A stretch of 64,000 nt of DNA from a virus. The notes under the pieces are model-generated. The model was not told where the DNA came from, did no database searches, and saw nothing but the letters and a program-made list of their open reading frames with translations. Made by a program: the position numbers and the translations under genes. Shown one piece after another: positions 8,617 through 16,998 of the stretch (positions within the stretch are counted from its first letter, which is position 1; every line of letters begins with the position of its first letter). The stretch spans positions 15,358 through 79,357 of the IMG/VR virus record IMGVR_UViG_3300047551_002812; one strand, 5' to 3'.

Positions 8617-8913
8617 CTACGCTTCTCTAGCTTTATTCACGTCCTTAGCGGTTTTTGCTGCGTTTAGTCTCTGAATCTGTCGAGGATCTACGCCCCCAAG
8701 GTCCTGTTTCCATCTCTTCCCGGAGGAGTTCGCAGCGTTCAGGCCCGGGGATCCTTTCGGAAGGCAGGTGTTACCGGATTTTGTAGAACCCGGAGGGCAT
8801 TTTAGCATTACTTTGCCTTTGTAGAAGATACGATCGGCGTAGTCGTACGTTCCATCCTGGCGTTTCTTTCTCAGGATTTCCATGTAGTCCTGCGCCGAGA
8901 GTTTCCTTTCCAT
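8617..8913 (-). CDS. Small basic hypothetical protein (CPPG...C motif)
   Basis: 98 aa ORF with GGAGG and GTTTAAAG (8936-8943) upstream. Confidence 0.65.
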   Translation of the reverse strand: MERKLSAQDYMEILRKKRQDGTYDYADRIFYKGKVMLKCPPGSTKSGNTCLPKGSPGLNAANSSGKRWKQDLGGVDPRQIQRLNAAKTAKDVNKAREA

Positions 8914-8935
8914 CGTTAAGTTTATCCTCCAAGAT

Positions 8936-8963
8936 CTTTAAACCAGAGATTTTCGGTCTAAAG
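8936..8963. promoter_or_regulatory. Divergent late-type promoters: GTTTAAAG (-, 8936-8943) and GTCTAAAG (+, 8956-8963)
   Basis: Motif copies face the ATGs at 8913 and 8990. Confidence 0.55.
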
Positions 8964-8989
8964 AACTTCAGACTACATCATCATACCAT

Positions 8990-10207
8990 ATGACTAAGTA
9001 CACTCACGGGCACATCATCCCCTTGGTAGGGGGGAGCGTGGTGGGAACCTCCCTCGCTCTCCGCTCCGATCCCCAGTGGATCGCGTCCTGGGGAAGTGTA
9101 TTCGGAGCGAATGACCGGTACTGCCTGCAGTACATGGAGAAAGTACCGTTTTACGATTTTGAGAAGGAACAGTCTCCATCCTCCTACGTAGATATAGTAA
9201 CCTCCTTACCACCCTGTGCCGGCCTGTCGATGGCAAATACCACTTCTGGGGACGCAGTCAATAATCCGCGTGGGTGCTCCGCCCCGAGTAACATACATAT
9301 GTACAACGCGGCGGAGTTCGCTATGTCGAAGATAGGACCCAGGGCCATGATGGTCGAGAACGCCCCGACTCTCTACTCGAAGATGGGAGAGGAGTTCGCG
9401 GAGAAGATCAACACTCTGGCCCAGAGTCACGGGTACGTCATGAGTCTGGTAAAAACAACCTCCATCAACCATGGGGTCCCGCAGGAGAGGACGAGGAGCT
9501 TCTTCTTCCTGTGGAAGGGTGACAGGGTGCCGGTTCTCTCCCCGATCAAGAGGGACTTCGTTCCCTTCCACCAGTTCCTGAAGGAAGGTCGATTCGCTAA
9601 GTCGGAGTCGGTCTCTAAATCCAAGAAGTTCCCGAGCGAGGATCCGCTGTGGCAGTTCATCGAGTCGAAGTACGCTGGCTGCACCAAGCAGGATGTCCTC
9701 TCCCGGGTAGCTTCCAAACGTATGACATCCACCTGGAACGTTATATACGACTCCGGATGGCTGGAGGAGGCCGCGAGAGTTGTCAAGGACGAGAAGGCGA
9801 ACCGTTGGCTCAATTACACCCTGGAGAAGAAGAGAGCTGGTAAGAATATCATGGACGGGAGCATGAAACTCGCGTGGTTTAGGACCCAGAGCCTGATGTG
9901 GAAGAGTCTCCCGTACCTTATGCACCCCCACGAGGACAGGTGGCTCACGGTAGCGGAGGGTCTGGGACTGATGGGATTCCCCGATGACTACGCGGCCAAG
10001 GTCTCCATACCCACGAAGCATAGTAACGTGATCTGCCAGAACGTTCCAGCCTGCACCGCTGGGGATTGGGTGGGGGAGATCGTTGAGGCTCTGGATGGAA
10101 ATAGGGAATGGATCGAGCCGGAGAGGAATCCCGATGGTAGTTACAGAATCCTGAGGCAGAACAATACTGCCTCTAAGAATCCGATGGAACCACTCTGGTC
10201 AGTGTAG
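8990..10207 (+). CDS. DNA (cytosine-C5) methyltransferase
   Basis: Motif IV PPCAGLS, motif VI VENAP, motif VIII GVPQERTRSFF, motif IX RWLTVAE..LMGFPDDY and motif X QNVP. Motif I is atypical (IIPLVGG). Confidence 0.85.
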   Translation: MTKYTHGHIIPLVGGSVVGTSLALRSDPQWIASWGSVFGANDRYCLQYMEKVPFYDFEKEQSPSSYVDIVTSLPPCAGLSMANTTSGDAVNNPRGCSAPSNIHMYNAAEFAMSKIGPRAMMVENAPTLYSKMGEEFAEKINTLAQSHGYVMSLVKTTSINHGVPQERTRSFFFLWKGDRVPVLSPIKRDFVPFHQFLKEGRFAKSESVSKSKKFPSEDPLWQFIESKYAGCTKQDVLSRVASKRMTSTWNVIYDSGWLEEAARVVKDEKANRWLNYTLEKKRAGKNIMDGSMKLAWFRTQSLMWKSLPYLMHPHEDRWLTVAEGLGLMGFPDDYAAKVSIPTKHSNVICQNVPACTAGDWVGEIVEALDGNREWIEPERNPDGSYRILRQNNTASKNPMEPLWSV

Positions 10208-10690
10208 AGAGTAGTTATACTGCTGCCACTCCGGGTCGTTTGTCTGGGAGATAGTGAAGGTGATCTTACTGATCGGAGCGGCGGGTTTTCTTAGTAGTCT
10301 CATTCCGGTATGCTCCAAGAGTTTGTCGCTCTTAAGGGTGTTGCACCTGCTACAGGCTACCACTAAATTCTGCCAGGTGTCCTGCCCTCCTTTGCTTTTG
10401 GGCAGGACGTGGTCTATAGTCAGTTTTCTGGTGGCTCCGCAGTACTGGCATTTATGCCCGTCTCTTTTGTAGATCATTGATCTGGATGGTTTGGCTTCCA
10501 TCATCTTAGAGACGGGTATCCGTACGTACTCGACGAGACGTATGACCCTCTCGGAGATTATCTTGGCCTTCTCCTTGACGAGGAGAACTATAGCTCTCTT
10601 CCAGCTCGTGATGTTTATTGGTTCGTAGGTAGCGTTTAAAACTAGAACCGACGACTCCGGCCTAATCCCCCATCGAGTTTCCTGTGCCAT
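10199..10690 (-). CDS. HNH endonuclease (McrA-like, bacterial type)
   Basis: VLVLNATYEP, RDGHKCQYCG, TIDHVLPKSKGG, NLVVACSRCN. Start placed at ATG 10690 rather than the track's 10786. Confidence 0.85.
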   Translation of the reverse strand: MAQETRWGIRPESSVLVLNATYEPINITSWKRAIVLLVKEKAKIISERVIRLVEYVRIPVSKMMEAKPSRSMIYKRDGHKCQYCGATRKLTIDHVLPKSKGGQDTWQNLVVACSRCNTLKSDKLLEHTGMRLLRKPAAPISKITFTISQTNDPEWQQYNYSLH

Positions 10691-10838
10691 CGCAATACTC
10701 GCACTCCTGTACTTCGTTAGGTTCGGCGTAGCCCTCGGGAGAGGTGTGAGTGATGATCTTGAAACCCCTCCCGTCGCAGTAGGCACATCTGTTGTACTCT
10801 ATCTGCTCTATCAGTCTCTGGACTTTTTTCTTTGTCAT
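10662..10838 (-). CDS. Small DnaJ-type zinc-finger protein
   Basis: Two CxxCxGxG motifs (CAYCDGRG, CEYCDGTG). ATG 10838 overlaps the upstream stop (ATGA). Confidence 0.65.
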   Translation of the reverse strand: MTKKKVQRLIEQIEYNRCAYCDGRGFKIITHTSPEGYAEPNEVQECEYCDGTGNSMGD

Positions 10839-11296
10839 GTGGTCAGGGAGAATTTCGCGGAATCGCACTCTCCACGCAGTTCCTTCGAGGGATCGGACGG
10901 TGCTGACTCCGTACCATTGGTGATGTGGTCCTTACGTTTCGAGTTGTAGTTGAGTTTTTTGGCGGCGATCTCGGCGAATTCCTTTCCACTAACTCCGGCG
11001 TACGCTAGAGCGGCCCTGTGGAACAGGAGCACGTCGAACATCTCAGCGATAAACTCCTCCCGGTTCTCTCCGGAATCCAGGAACGAGGGCTCGTTGATCT
11101 TCCAACTACGCCGGGGAACGTACACGCGGGCCTCGATAACCTCCTCGATGAGATGTCCGAGGTGCTCGATGACCTTGGCGTGGCGTGTGTCCCTGGAGAT
11201 ATCCTCGTCGAGAGGGCCGGGTTGTCCGGCCGCCCCGGCGTACTTCTGCTGGGAGGCGTACCCGTCGTCGATAAACTGCGCGTAATCAAAACTCAT
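10835..11296 (-). CDS. All-alpha NTP pyrophosphatase (dimeric dUTPase / T4 gp56-like dCTPase-dUTPase)
   Basis: EEVIE, RRSWK, AEMFDVLLF and KKLNYNSKR motifs. Confidence 0.7.
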   Translation of the reverse strand: MSFDYAQFIDDGYASQQKYAGAAGQPGPLDEDISRDTRHAKVIEHLGHLIEEVIEARVYVPRRSWKINEPSFLDSGENREEFIAEMFDVLLFHRAALAYAGVSGKEFAEIAAKKLNYNSKRKDHITNGTESAPSDPSKELRGECDSAKFSLTT

Positions 11297-11323
11297 TGGT
11301 TCGGTGTAAGTAGATGAGATCTA

Positions 11324-11332
11324 ATTCTATCA
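11324..11332 (-). promoter_or_regulatory. Extended -10 promoter TGATAGAAT
   Basis: Exact copy upstream of ATG 11296. Confidence 0.65.
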
Positions 11333-11348
11333 CGGAGAAGGACTTACA

Positions 11349-13265
11349 TCAACCCTCGCAGGCTGCGCACTCCCCGTACTGTTTCTCCGGGGTGCCGATC
11401 CTCTCCGCCAGCTCAGTGTACCCGCCGATGTGGTGTCCGTTGATCCAGATCTGGGGCACTGTGCGGTAGGGAAACTCCTGGTCGGGTACGTTGACCCTGT
11501 CGATCTCCTCGATCGTGTAACCTTTAGACCTCAGTAGTGATTTTGCCATGGTGCAGTACGGGCACGTCTCCTTGGTGATGATTTTAGCTACCCTCGAAAT
11601 TGTCTCCAGTTTCTTACGTTTCACTAGGAGCGAACTGCTCTTAAGATAGTAAAGTGACTTTAATCCTCCCTTCCATGCACTCAGGTGGAGTCTGAAGAGG
11701 TACTCGGGAGAGGATTCGGGATCGACGAAGAGGTTGATGGATTGTCCTTGGCAGACGAATGGTTGACGATCGGAGGCCTGTTTGATTATCTCGAACTGAT
11801 CGATCTCCCTCGCCGTCTTGAATACTTCCTTGGCGTGTTCGTCTAGGAAGTCGAGATGCTGTACCGATCCTCGGAACTCCAAGATCGACTCCCAGGTCTC
11901 CTCGGTATTGCGCCCGATCCGCTCGAGATGCTCAACCAGGTACTTATTCTTGCGTACGAAGGTACCCTTGGCCTGTTTGGCGACGTAGTAGTTAGCATCG
12001 ATGGGTTCGATACCCTCACTTCCAGCACCGCAGATGACCGAGTTGGATTTGGTGGGGGCGATCGCCATCAGGTGCGTGTGGCGGAGACCGGTACCCTGGC
12101 ACCACTCCGGCTCCCCGTAGGTAGTGGCCATGTCGCGAGAAGCCTTAGTGGCCTTCTCCTTGATAAACCTGTGCATCTCTACGTTAAGTTGGCGGGCCTC
12201 CTCAGAAGCGAATGGTAGGTTTTTGGACTGATAGAGAGCGTGAAGACCCATGGTCCCGAGACCCAATGCCCTGGACTTGCGAGCGAAGCGAACAGCTCTA
12301 CCAAGCGAGGTGAGTCGTTCGGCCTTGTGGCAGAACTCCTCCACCACAGCATCGAGTAAATAGATCGCCAACTCTGGCACGGTCTTGCCAGTCGCTGGAC
12401 CCTTCCAGTCCTTCCACTCCTCCCACCGTGAGAGGTTCAATGAGGAGAGTACGCAGACAAAAGTATGACTCTCGTCGGTGTGAAGAAAGATCTCGGAACA
12501 GAGATTGCTGAGTTTAACACTGAGACCACGCTGAGTGTAGCACTCCGGATTGGCCTTATTGGCATTGTCGATGAAGATGATGTACGGTGACCCACTGATC
12601 ATCCGAGCCTTGAGCACCTCACCAAAGACCTTCTGCTTCTCCCTGTCGCCCCTGAGCATACTCTCCACCCACTCGTCGGTGACAGTCACAGCGATGTTAC
12701 TGTCGATGAAGTCCCTCGGATCGCCCTGGGAGTGGTCCTTAGAACGTAGGACTTCGGGTAGATCGGGGTGGTCGATGGGAAGATAGAGAGCGAAACTTCC
12801 GCGCCTCACGCCTCCCTGGGAGACTACGGAGGCACACTGGTCGTACTGCCTCATCCAGGGTACGACCCCGGTGCTCTTACCACCGGAGGAGATAGGGGCT
12901 CCTGAGGGACGGATATCCCCGAAGTACGTACCGACTCCACCGCCATGCTGGGACAACGCCGCGGACTCCTTCAAGTGCGAGTAGATCGATGGCACGGAGT
13001 CGTAGAGATGGTTGGAGTAGCATGAGATCGGAAGTCCGCGTGAGGTGCCGAAATTACTAGCCACCGGAGTAGCCGGCCCGAGAAACCCCCGCCAGAGAAT
13101 CTCGAATACGTCCCGTGAGAGTTCAGGGTAGTTAAGTAATTTTGCGGACTGATTCGCGATCCTCTCGTACATCCCTCTTGGGGTCTCCCCCTGATAAAGG
13201 TATCCACGAGACAACGTGTCGATGGCCTCCTTAGTCATCCATTCAGGTACTTGAAGTTCTGGCAT
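11349..13265 (-). CDS. nrdA: Class I ribonucleotide reductase alpha subunit with an inserted C-terminal glutaredoxin domain
   Basis: ISCY, NLCSE, IAPT, SLYY; then Grx CPYC...TVPQIWINGHHIGGY; terminal CAACEG; no N-terminal ATP cone. Confidence 0.95.
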   Translation of the reverse strand: MPELQVPEWMTKEAIDTLSRGYLYQGETPRGMYERIANQSAKLLNYPELSRDVFEILWRGFLGPATPVASNFGTSRGLPISCYSNHLYDSVPSIYSHLKESAALSQHGGGVGTYFGDIRPSGAPISSGGKSTGVVPWMRQYDQCASVVSQGGVRRGSFALYLPIDHPDLPEVLRSKDHSQGDPRDFIDSNIAVTVTDEWVESMLRGDREKQKVFGEVLKARMISGSPYIIFIDNANKANPECYTQRGLSVKLSNLCSEIFLHTDESHTFVCVLSSLNLSRWEEWKDWKGPATGKTVPELAIYLLDAVVEEFCHKAERLTSLGRAVRFARKSRALGLGTMGLHALYQSKNLPFASEEARQLNVEMHRFIKEKATKASRDMATTYGEPEWCQGTGLRHTHLMAIAPTKSNSVICGAGSEGIEPIDANYYVAKQAKGTFVRKNKYLVEHLERIGRNTEETWESILEFRGSVQHLDFLDEHAKEVFKTAREIDQFEIIKQASDRQPFVCQGQSINLFVDPESSPEYLFRLHLSAWKGGLKSLYYLKSSSLLVKRKKLETISRVAKIITKETCPYCTMAKSLLRSKGYTIEEIDRVNVPDQEFPYRTVPQIWINGHHIGGYTELAERIGTPEKQYGECAACEG

Positions 13266-13286
13266 CTGGTAAGAGTTGGTAGGTTA

Positions 13287-13295
13287 ATTCTATCA
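13287..13295 (-). promoter_or_regulatory. Extended -10 promoter TGATAGAAT
   Basis: Exact copy upstream of nrdA. Confidence 0.65.
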
Positions 13296-13368
13296 TTGGG
13301 TATTGCAAAGTCACCCTGTGAGTAACATAGTATTACTCCAAGGTAGGTTGGTATGGTCTGACTAAGCG

Positions 13369-13779
13369 TTAGTTACTGTTATCGATCAAGCCATCATCCC
13401 AAGCCTGTTGCACGTTCTGAGATTTAGTTCCCCACTTCAGATTTGAGATAGCGTTGTTAGTCCCATCATTGTCTTTGTGAAGAATGACAATATTCTCTCC
13501 TTTGGGTTTAGGCGGACCGAACAACTCCATCACCATTTGATGAAGTGGTGGTTCTTCACGGTTACCACTCCACGTTAGATTCACTCTCTGATGCTTACGT
13601 CCATCATCGCGAGGTTTACGGAGTTCAGAGTCACCTTTTCTTCTCACTTTGCCGGTATTACTCACTTCGTATGGAGAGTTGTGCCACTGTTTCCATACTT
13701 CTCTAGAGTCAGAGAAGTTCCTACCTCCCTGTTCTCTACCTCTCACTCTCCATCCGTCCGGAGTCCGAAAATTATTCAT
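13369..13779 (-). CDS. Free-standing NUMOD4/HNH homing endonuclease-like protein between nrdB and nrdA
   Basis: NUMOD4 EVWK..YEVSNTGKVR; HNH LHKDNDGTNNAISNLKWGTKSQN; more AT-rich than its flanks. Confidence 0.8.
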   Translation of the reverse strand: MNNFRTPDGWRVRGREQGGRNFSDSREVWKQWHNSPYEVSNTGKVRRKGDSELRKPRDDGRKHQRVNLTWSGNREEPPLHQMVMELFGPPKPKGENIVILHKDNDGTNNAISNLKWGTKSQNVQQAWDDGLIDNSN

Positions 13780-13987
13780 GCCATCTCTCCACGAAATCGT
13801 CGAAACCCCCGCGACCGCCGCAGGGTCTGGAGTACCTATCCGAAGGTGGTGTGGTTACGTTCATTCTATGAACTTTACTTAGGTACCTGTCCGCTTTTGG
13901 ATCGGTGATCAGACACACCGTTCCATGATCGAGTTCCATGAGATCGATATTTCTGTCCGGGTTGGGGTGAATTGCCATAACTATCAA
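13772..13987 (-). CDS. Small hypothetical protein
   Basis: 71 aa ORF overlapping both neighbours by a few bases (translational coupling). Confidence 0.55.
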   Translation of the reverse strand: MIVMAIHPNPDRNIDLMELDHGTVCLITDPKADRYLSKVHRMNVTTPPSDRYSRPCGGRGGFDDFVERWHE

Positions 13988-14979
13988 GTCAAAACAAGAT
14001 CCAGTGTGGAGAGATCAACTGCCATGAAGTCCTGGGAGACTTTAGCCACGTAGTTAGCCCCGTCCTTAGAGGCGGCGAAGAAATCAGTACTACTTGCTCC
14101 TTTGACCATCGGATCAAACCACGATGAGATTGACTTAGCTTTTGTTAGCTCTTCGGTGGATAGTTTGAATACCTGGTCAAGACCAAGAAGAAGCAGACGT
14201 TCGTTCGCTCTGTTCCTAATATAAGCCTTCAACTCACTAGCGTCGATCGAGGAGATATCCGCGTAGTTGAAAATGTGATCGATAAAGGAGCATTCCTTCT
14301 CCACGACCAGGCGGAAACCCTCGTAGATCGCCTTCCTCTCCGAATCTGATAATCCGACCTCCTCGGTTAATCTCTTGAAGAGTTGGCATCCAGCTTCGGA
14401 GTGAGTCTGCTCGTCGATGGCGGACCAGGAGATGATCTGGGCCAGTCCCTTATACCTTCCATCACGATTGAAACTGAGAAGTACCGCGAAAGAACTGAAC
14501 AGACTTACCCCCTCTCCGGCTCCTGAGAATACCGCTAGGGAGACCTTGTCGGGATACTTGGAGAAGAACGTGTCGATTTTGGAGCAAGCGACCGGGTCAT
14601 TGATGAACTCCTCATACTCATTAAGTCCGAGTACGTCATTCAAGTAGGAGTAGGCGGCGGCGTGGATCGTCTCAAAAAACGAGAAGGCTCTGGCCATAGC
14701 CCTGATCTCCGGTTTGGGGAAGATACGGCAGACCTCGTCGGCCCAGTAGCATCCAATACCTAGTTCCGCGCTTACAAATCCTTTGAGGATCCCGGCGATA
14801 ACTGCCCTCTCATCGGGAGTAGAGTTGAACTGCCAGTCCCGTAGATCGGACTCCATCGCCACTTCCTGGTGACGCCATACACTCGCCACGGTTTTTTCGT
14901 AGTAGTCGTAGAACTCCGGGAAATCGAATCCGGTGTCCTTCTTGAACACCATCTTGTTATGCTCTAGGATACTACTCAT
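13984..14979 (-). CDS. nrdB: Class I ribonucleotide reductase beta subunit
   Basis: W35, E72, ETIH..Y110, EGVSLFSSF, DEQTH and DFF motifs. Confidence 0.95.
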   Translation of the reverse strand: MSSILEHNKMVFKKDTGFDFPEFYDYYEKTVASVWRHQEVAMESDLRDWQFNSTPDERAVIAGILKGFVSAELGIGCYWADEVCRIFPKPEIRAMARAFSFFETIHAAAYSYLNDVLGLNEYEEFINDPVACSKIDTFFSKYPDKVSLAVFSGAGEGVSLFSSFAVLLSFNRDGRYKGLAQIISWSAIDEQTHSEAGCQLFKRLTEEVGLSDSERKAIYEGFRLVVEKECSFIDHIFNYADISSIDASELKAYIRNRANERLLLLGLDQVFKLSTEELTKAKSISSWFDPMVKGASSTDFFAASKDGANYVAKVSQDFMAVDLSTLDLVLT

Positions 14980-15009
14980 AGGACCGGGAAGTACTGCGGA
15001 AAGAGTTCT

Positions 15010-15018
15010 ATTCTATCA
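15010..15018 (-). promoter_or_regulatory. Extended -10 promoter TGATAGAAT
   Basis: Exact copy upstream of nrdB. Confidence 0.65.
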
Positions 15019-15027
15019 CAGATCACG

Positions 15028-15555
15028 TCAGATCTCACTCTCTGGGTAGGTGTAGTGCATCTGGTCGGAGATGGAGGCGGGGAGGGTGACGTTAAGAACC
15101 TTGTACGCGGCCTCTAGGGCCTCCTTGCGGGTGGATTTGTGCGGACTCTTGTAGGTTCCTTGATTGCCACGGAGCTTGGGGATGACGGAATAGAAGTACT
15201 CCTTGTCCGGGTGAGTGACCAGGTAGTAGTGGTAACCCCTCTGCCGGCCATCTTCAACCACCACCTCTTTATCCTCAAGGTGGAGTTGTCCGACGTCGTA
15301 GGGTTCGGAACCTTCCGGCTCCTGCTGGTTGGATTCCTCACCACCGTACGAGCAGTGCTCGGAACTCCCACGCGTAGTCTTTGCAGCCCCAAACTTTCCT
15401 TCCGGATCGACGTACTTGGAGTGGTAATCATCCTCACCGGTCTGAGGACCCGGTCTGACCAACTCCAGGTTTTTACTGGTTTTGCCAGTGTCGGCCCCCG
15501 GTTCGGCGTACTCGGCCAGCCCCCAACCCTCGGGGATCTTTAGTTCGTTCTTCAT
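15028..15555 (-). CDS. Hypothetical protein (late-type promoter)
   Basis: 175 aa ORF; GTTTAAAG at 15578-15585. Confidence 0.7.
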   Translation of the reverse strand: MKNELKIPEGWGLAEYAEPGADTGKTSKNLELVRPGPQTGEDDYHSKYVDPEGKFGAAKTTRGSSEHCSYGGEESNQQEPEGSEPYDVGQLHLEDKEVVVEDGRQRGYHYYLVTHPDKEYFYSVIPKLRGNQGTYKSPHKSTRKEALEAAYKVLNVTLPASISDQMHYTYPESEI

Positions 15556-15580
15556 AGTAGACCTAGTGGTAATATGTCTT

Positions 15581-15618
15581 TAAACTATAAAGCCCCAGGG
15601 AGATAAATCCCTGGGGCT
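15581..15618 (-). terminator. Rho-independent terminator
   Basis: Perfect 11-bp stem AGCCCCAGGGA/TCCCTGGGGCT (15591-15618) with a T-rich tail on the minus strand, abutting a GTTTAAAG motif. Confidence 0.8.
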
Positions 15619-15641
15619 ACAGGTATTAACCTACTTACCTA

Positions 15642-16571
15642 TCAGAAGTCCAGGTTGAGGGACGTGTCGTCACTCTCCTGCTGGGAGAGAAGGAGCGTAG
15701 AGCGGATACGGATCTTACCCGAATCCAACTCCTCCTTGCTTCGGAGGGTCAGTGTGGCAGGCTTCTCCCGATTGATCTCGGGTTTGGTCGCCAGGAGTGG
15801 TCGAATGGAGCTATGAGCCCACGCTCCGGATACCTTACCTTCCTCGGGGAGGTTATCGATGAGGATCCGGTAGGTCAGACCGTAGGAGGTCTTACACGGA
15901 TAGTACCCAACGACCTGGTAGGGAGTATTGATATCCAACTCGCGGAAATCGACTTCCTCGTCGGCTTCGATCCGGGGTCCGGACGCTGTACCCTTCGGAG
16001 TTACTGGCTGCAGAAGAGCCACTACATCCTCGGGTTTCTTCTTGAGAAGCGCGTTGAGGGCTTTCGGTTCGGTTGGATTCTCCCAGTCGGTGAATCGTAC
16101 CGCCACTGGAAGGACCGTCTGACCGTCTTCGGTGTCCACGGATACGAACAAGCAGGGATCCTCGCCGCGTCCTGAGAAGTTGAAGGAGCCGAACTCCGCC
16201 TCCATCTCGCGACCGTCGGAGGTGGTGAATCCGCCCTTAGCGATTCCCACGGGCAGGAATCGTGGTCCCCACTGGATGTAGAGTTTACCGGTCTCCGTAC
16301 CCTCGACGCCATCAGCGCCGACTTTAAGTACGGGTCCGAAGAGGCGGGAGTACACACCGTCCCGAGCCTTGATCAAGAAGGTGTTCTCGTCGAGGGGAAG
16401 ATCCTCGTTTGTGAGGAACTTGAACACGACATCGAGGTCCTTTCGCATCGCCTTAGGAAGGTTAGCATTGGGGAGCTGGGTGTACTCGGAAGTGTACTCC
16501 CGGCCACTGAGCGGTACCAACTGTGGGGAGTTGGTGCTCAGGTCGATGGTCGTGATGCTGAAATTTGCCAT
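15642..16571 (-). CDS. Putative single-stranded DNA-binding protein
   Basis: Beta-rich protein with an acidic tail ending in Phe (QQESDDTSLNLDF), its own strong terminator and both promoter classes upstream. Start taken as ATG 16571. The function is an inference. Confidence 0.45.
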   Translation of the reverse strand: MANFSITTIDLSTNSPQLVPLSGREYTSEYTQLPNANLPKAMRKDLDVVFKFLTNEDLPLDENTFLIKARDGVYSRLFGPVLKVGADGVEGTETGKLYIQWGPRFLPVGIAKGGFTTSDGREMEAEFGSFNFSGRGEDPCLFVSVDTEDGQTVLPVAVRFTDWENPTEPKALNALLKKKPEDVVALLQPVTPKGTASGPRIEADEEVDFRELDINTPYQVVGYYPCKTSYGLTYRILIDNLPEEGKVSGAWAHSSIRPLLATKPEINREKPATLTLRSKEELDSGKIRIRSTLLLSQQESDDTSLNLDF

Positions 16572-16631
16572 GTTAGGTTCTCTTTGTGTTAAGGGTCTCT
16601 TGGAGAAAGATCTCTCTTTGCTCACTTAGAA

Positions 16632-16683
16632 ATCATACCACGATTTCGGATTTCAGGTCCGGTCGTGATACACTTCTTTAAAC
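16632..16683 (-). promoter_or_regulatory. Tandem promoters: TGGTATGAT (16632-16640) and GTTTAAAG (16676-16683)
   Basis: Both motif classes upstream of one gene. Confidence 0.55.
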
Positions 16684-16995
16684 TGGATCTCCGCCTTTTC
16701 TCAGTTCTGAGAGGTAGGTCTGGGCCTCCAGGCGGATCTCGTAGAGTTGGTGGGAGAAGGGATTGAGCGGGCAGAGCGGAGGAACGTAGAGAATCAGAGT
16801 CTCTCCCCACCATATCTGCCTCTCGAAAGGGCACTTGGAGGGAACCCACCTCACCCACCTCTCGGCGAGTTGCGGGGTCCAGGATCTTGGTCCGAGCGCA
16901 CGCAAGTAGAGGCGGGGAAGACCATCCAGCAATCTCCCCCACCACTTCGGTGCCCTCGCCTTGGCCCCGGAGGACGAACGAGAGAAACTAAGCAT
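16678..16995 (-). CDS. Cyanobacterial 'Mo-dependent nitrogenase C-terminal'-like domain protein
   Basis: VPSKCPFERQI...YVPPLCPLNPF matches the IPxxCPFER...IPPLCxLNP signature of this cyanobacterial family. Confidence 0.8.
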   Translation of the reverse strand: MLSFSRSSSGAKARAPKWWGRLLDGLPRLYLRALGPRSWTPQLAERWVRWVPSKCPFERQIWWGETLILYVPPLCPLNPFSHQLYEIRLEAQTYLSELRKGGDPV

Positions 16996-16998
16996 AGA

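Noticed and set aside
8990-10690. Type II restriction-modification pair (MTase plus HNH)
   Set aside because: The genes are convergent and in different promoter classes, and this HNH type commonly occurs alone. Linkage is unsupported, though not excluded.
13320-13338. NtcA site upstream of nrdA
   Set aside because: Spacing is GTA-N9-TAC, not N8; it is only a short GAGTAA/TTACTC inverted repeat.
13266-13987. Group I intron or split nrd gene around the HNH
   Set aside because: nrdA and nrdB each appear complete with all motifs, nrdA has its own promoter, and no intron core is recognisable.
16678-16995. Nitrogen fixation gene
   Set aside because: The domain name is historical. The 105-aa protein has no nitrogenase motifs and no nif genes are present.
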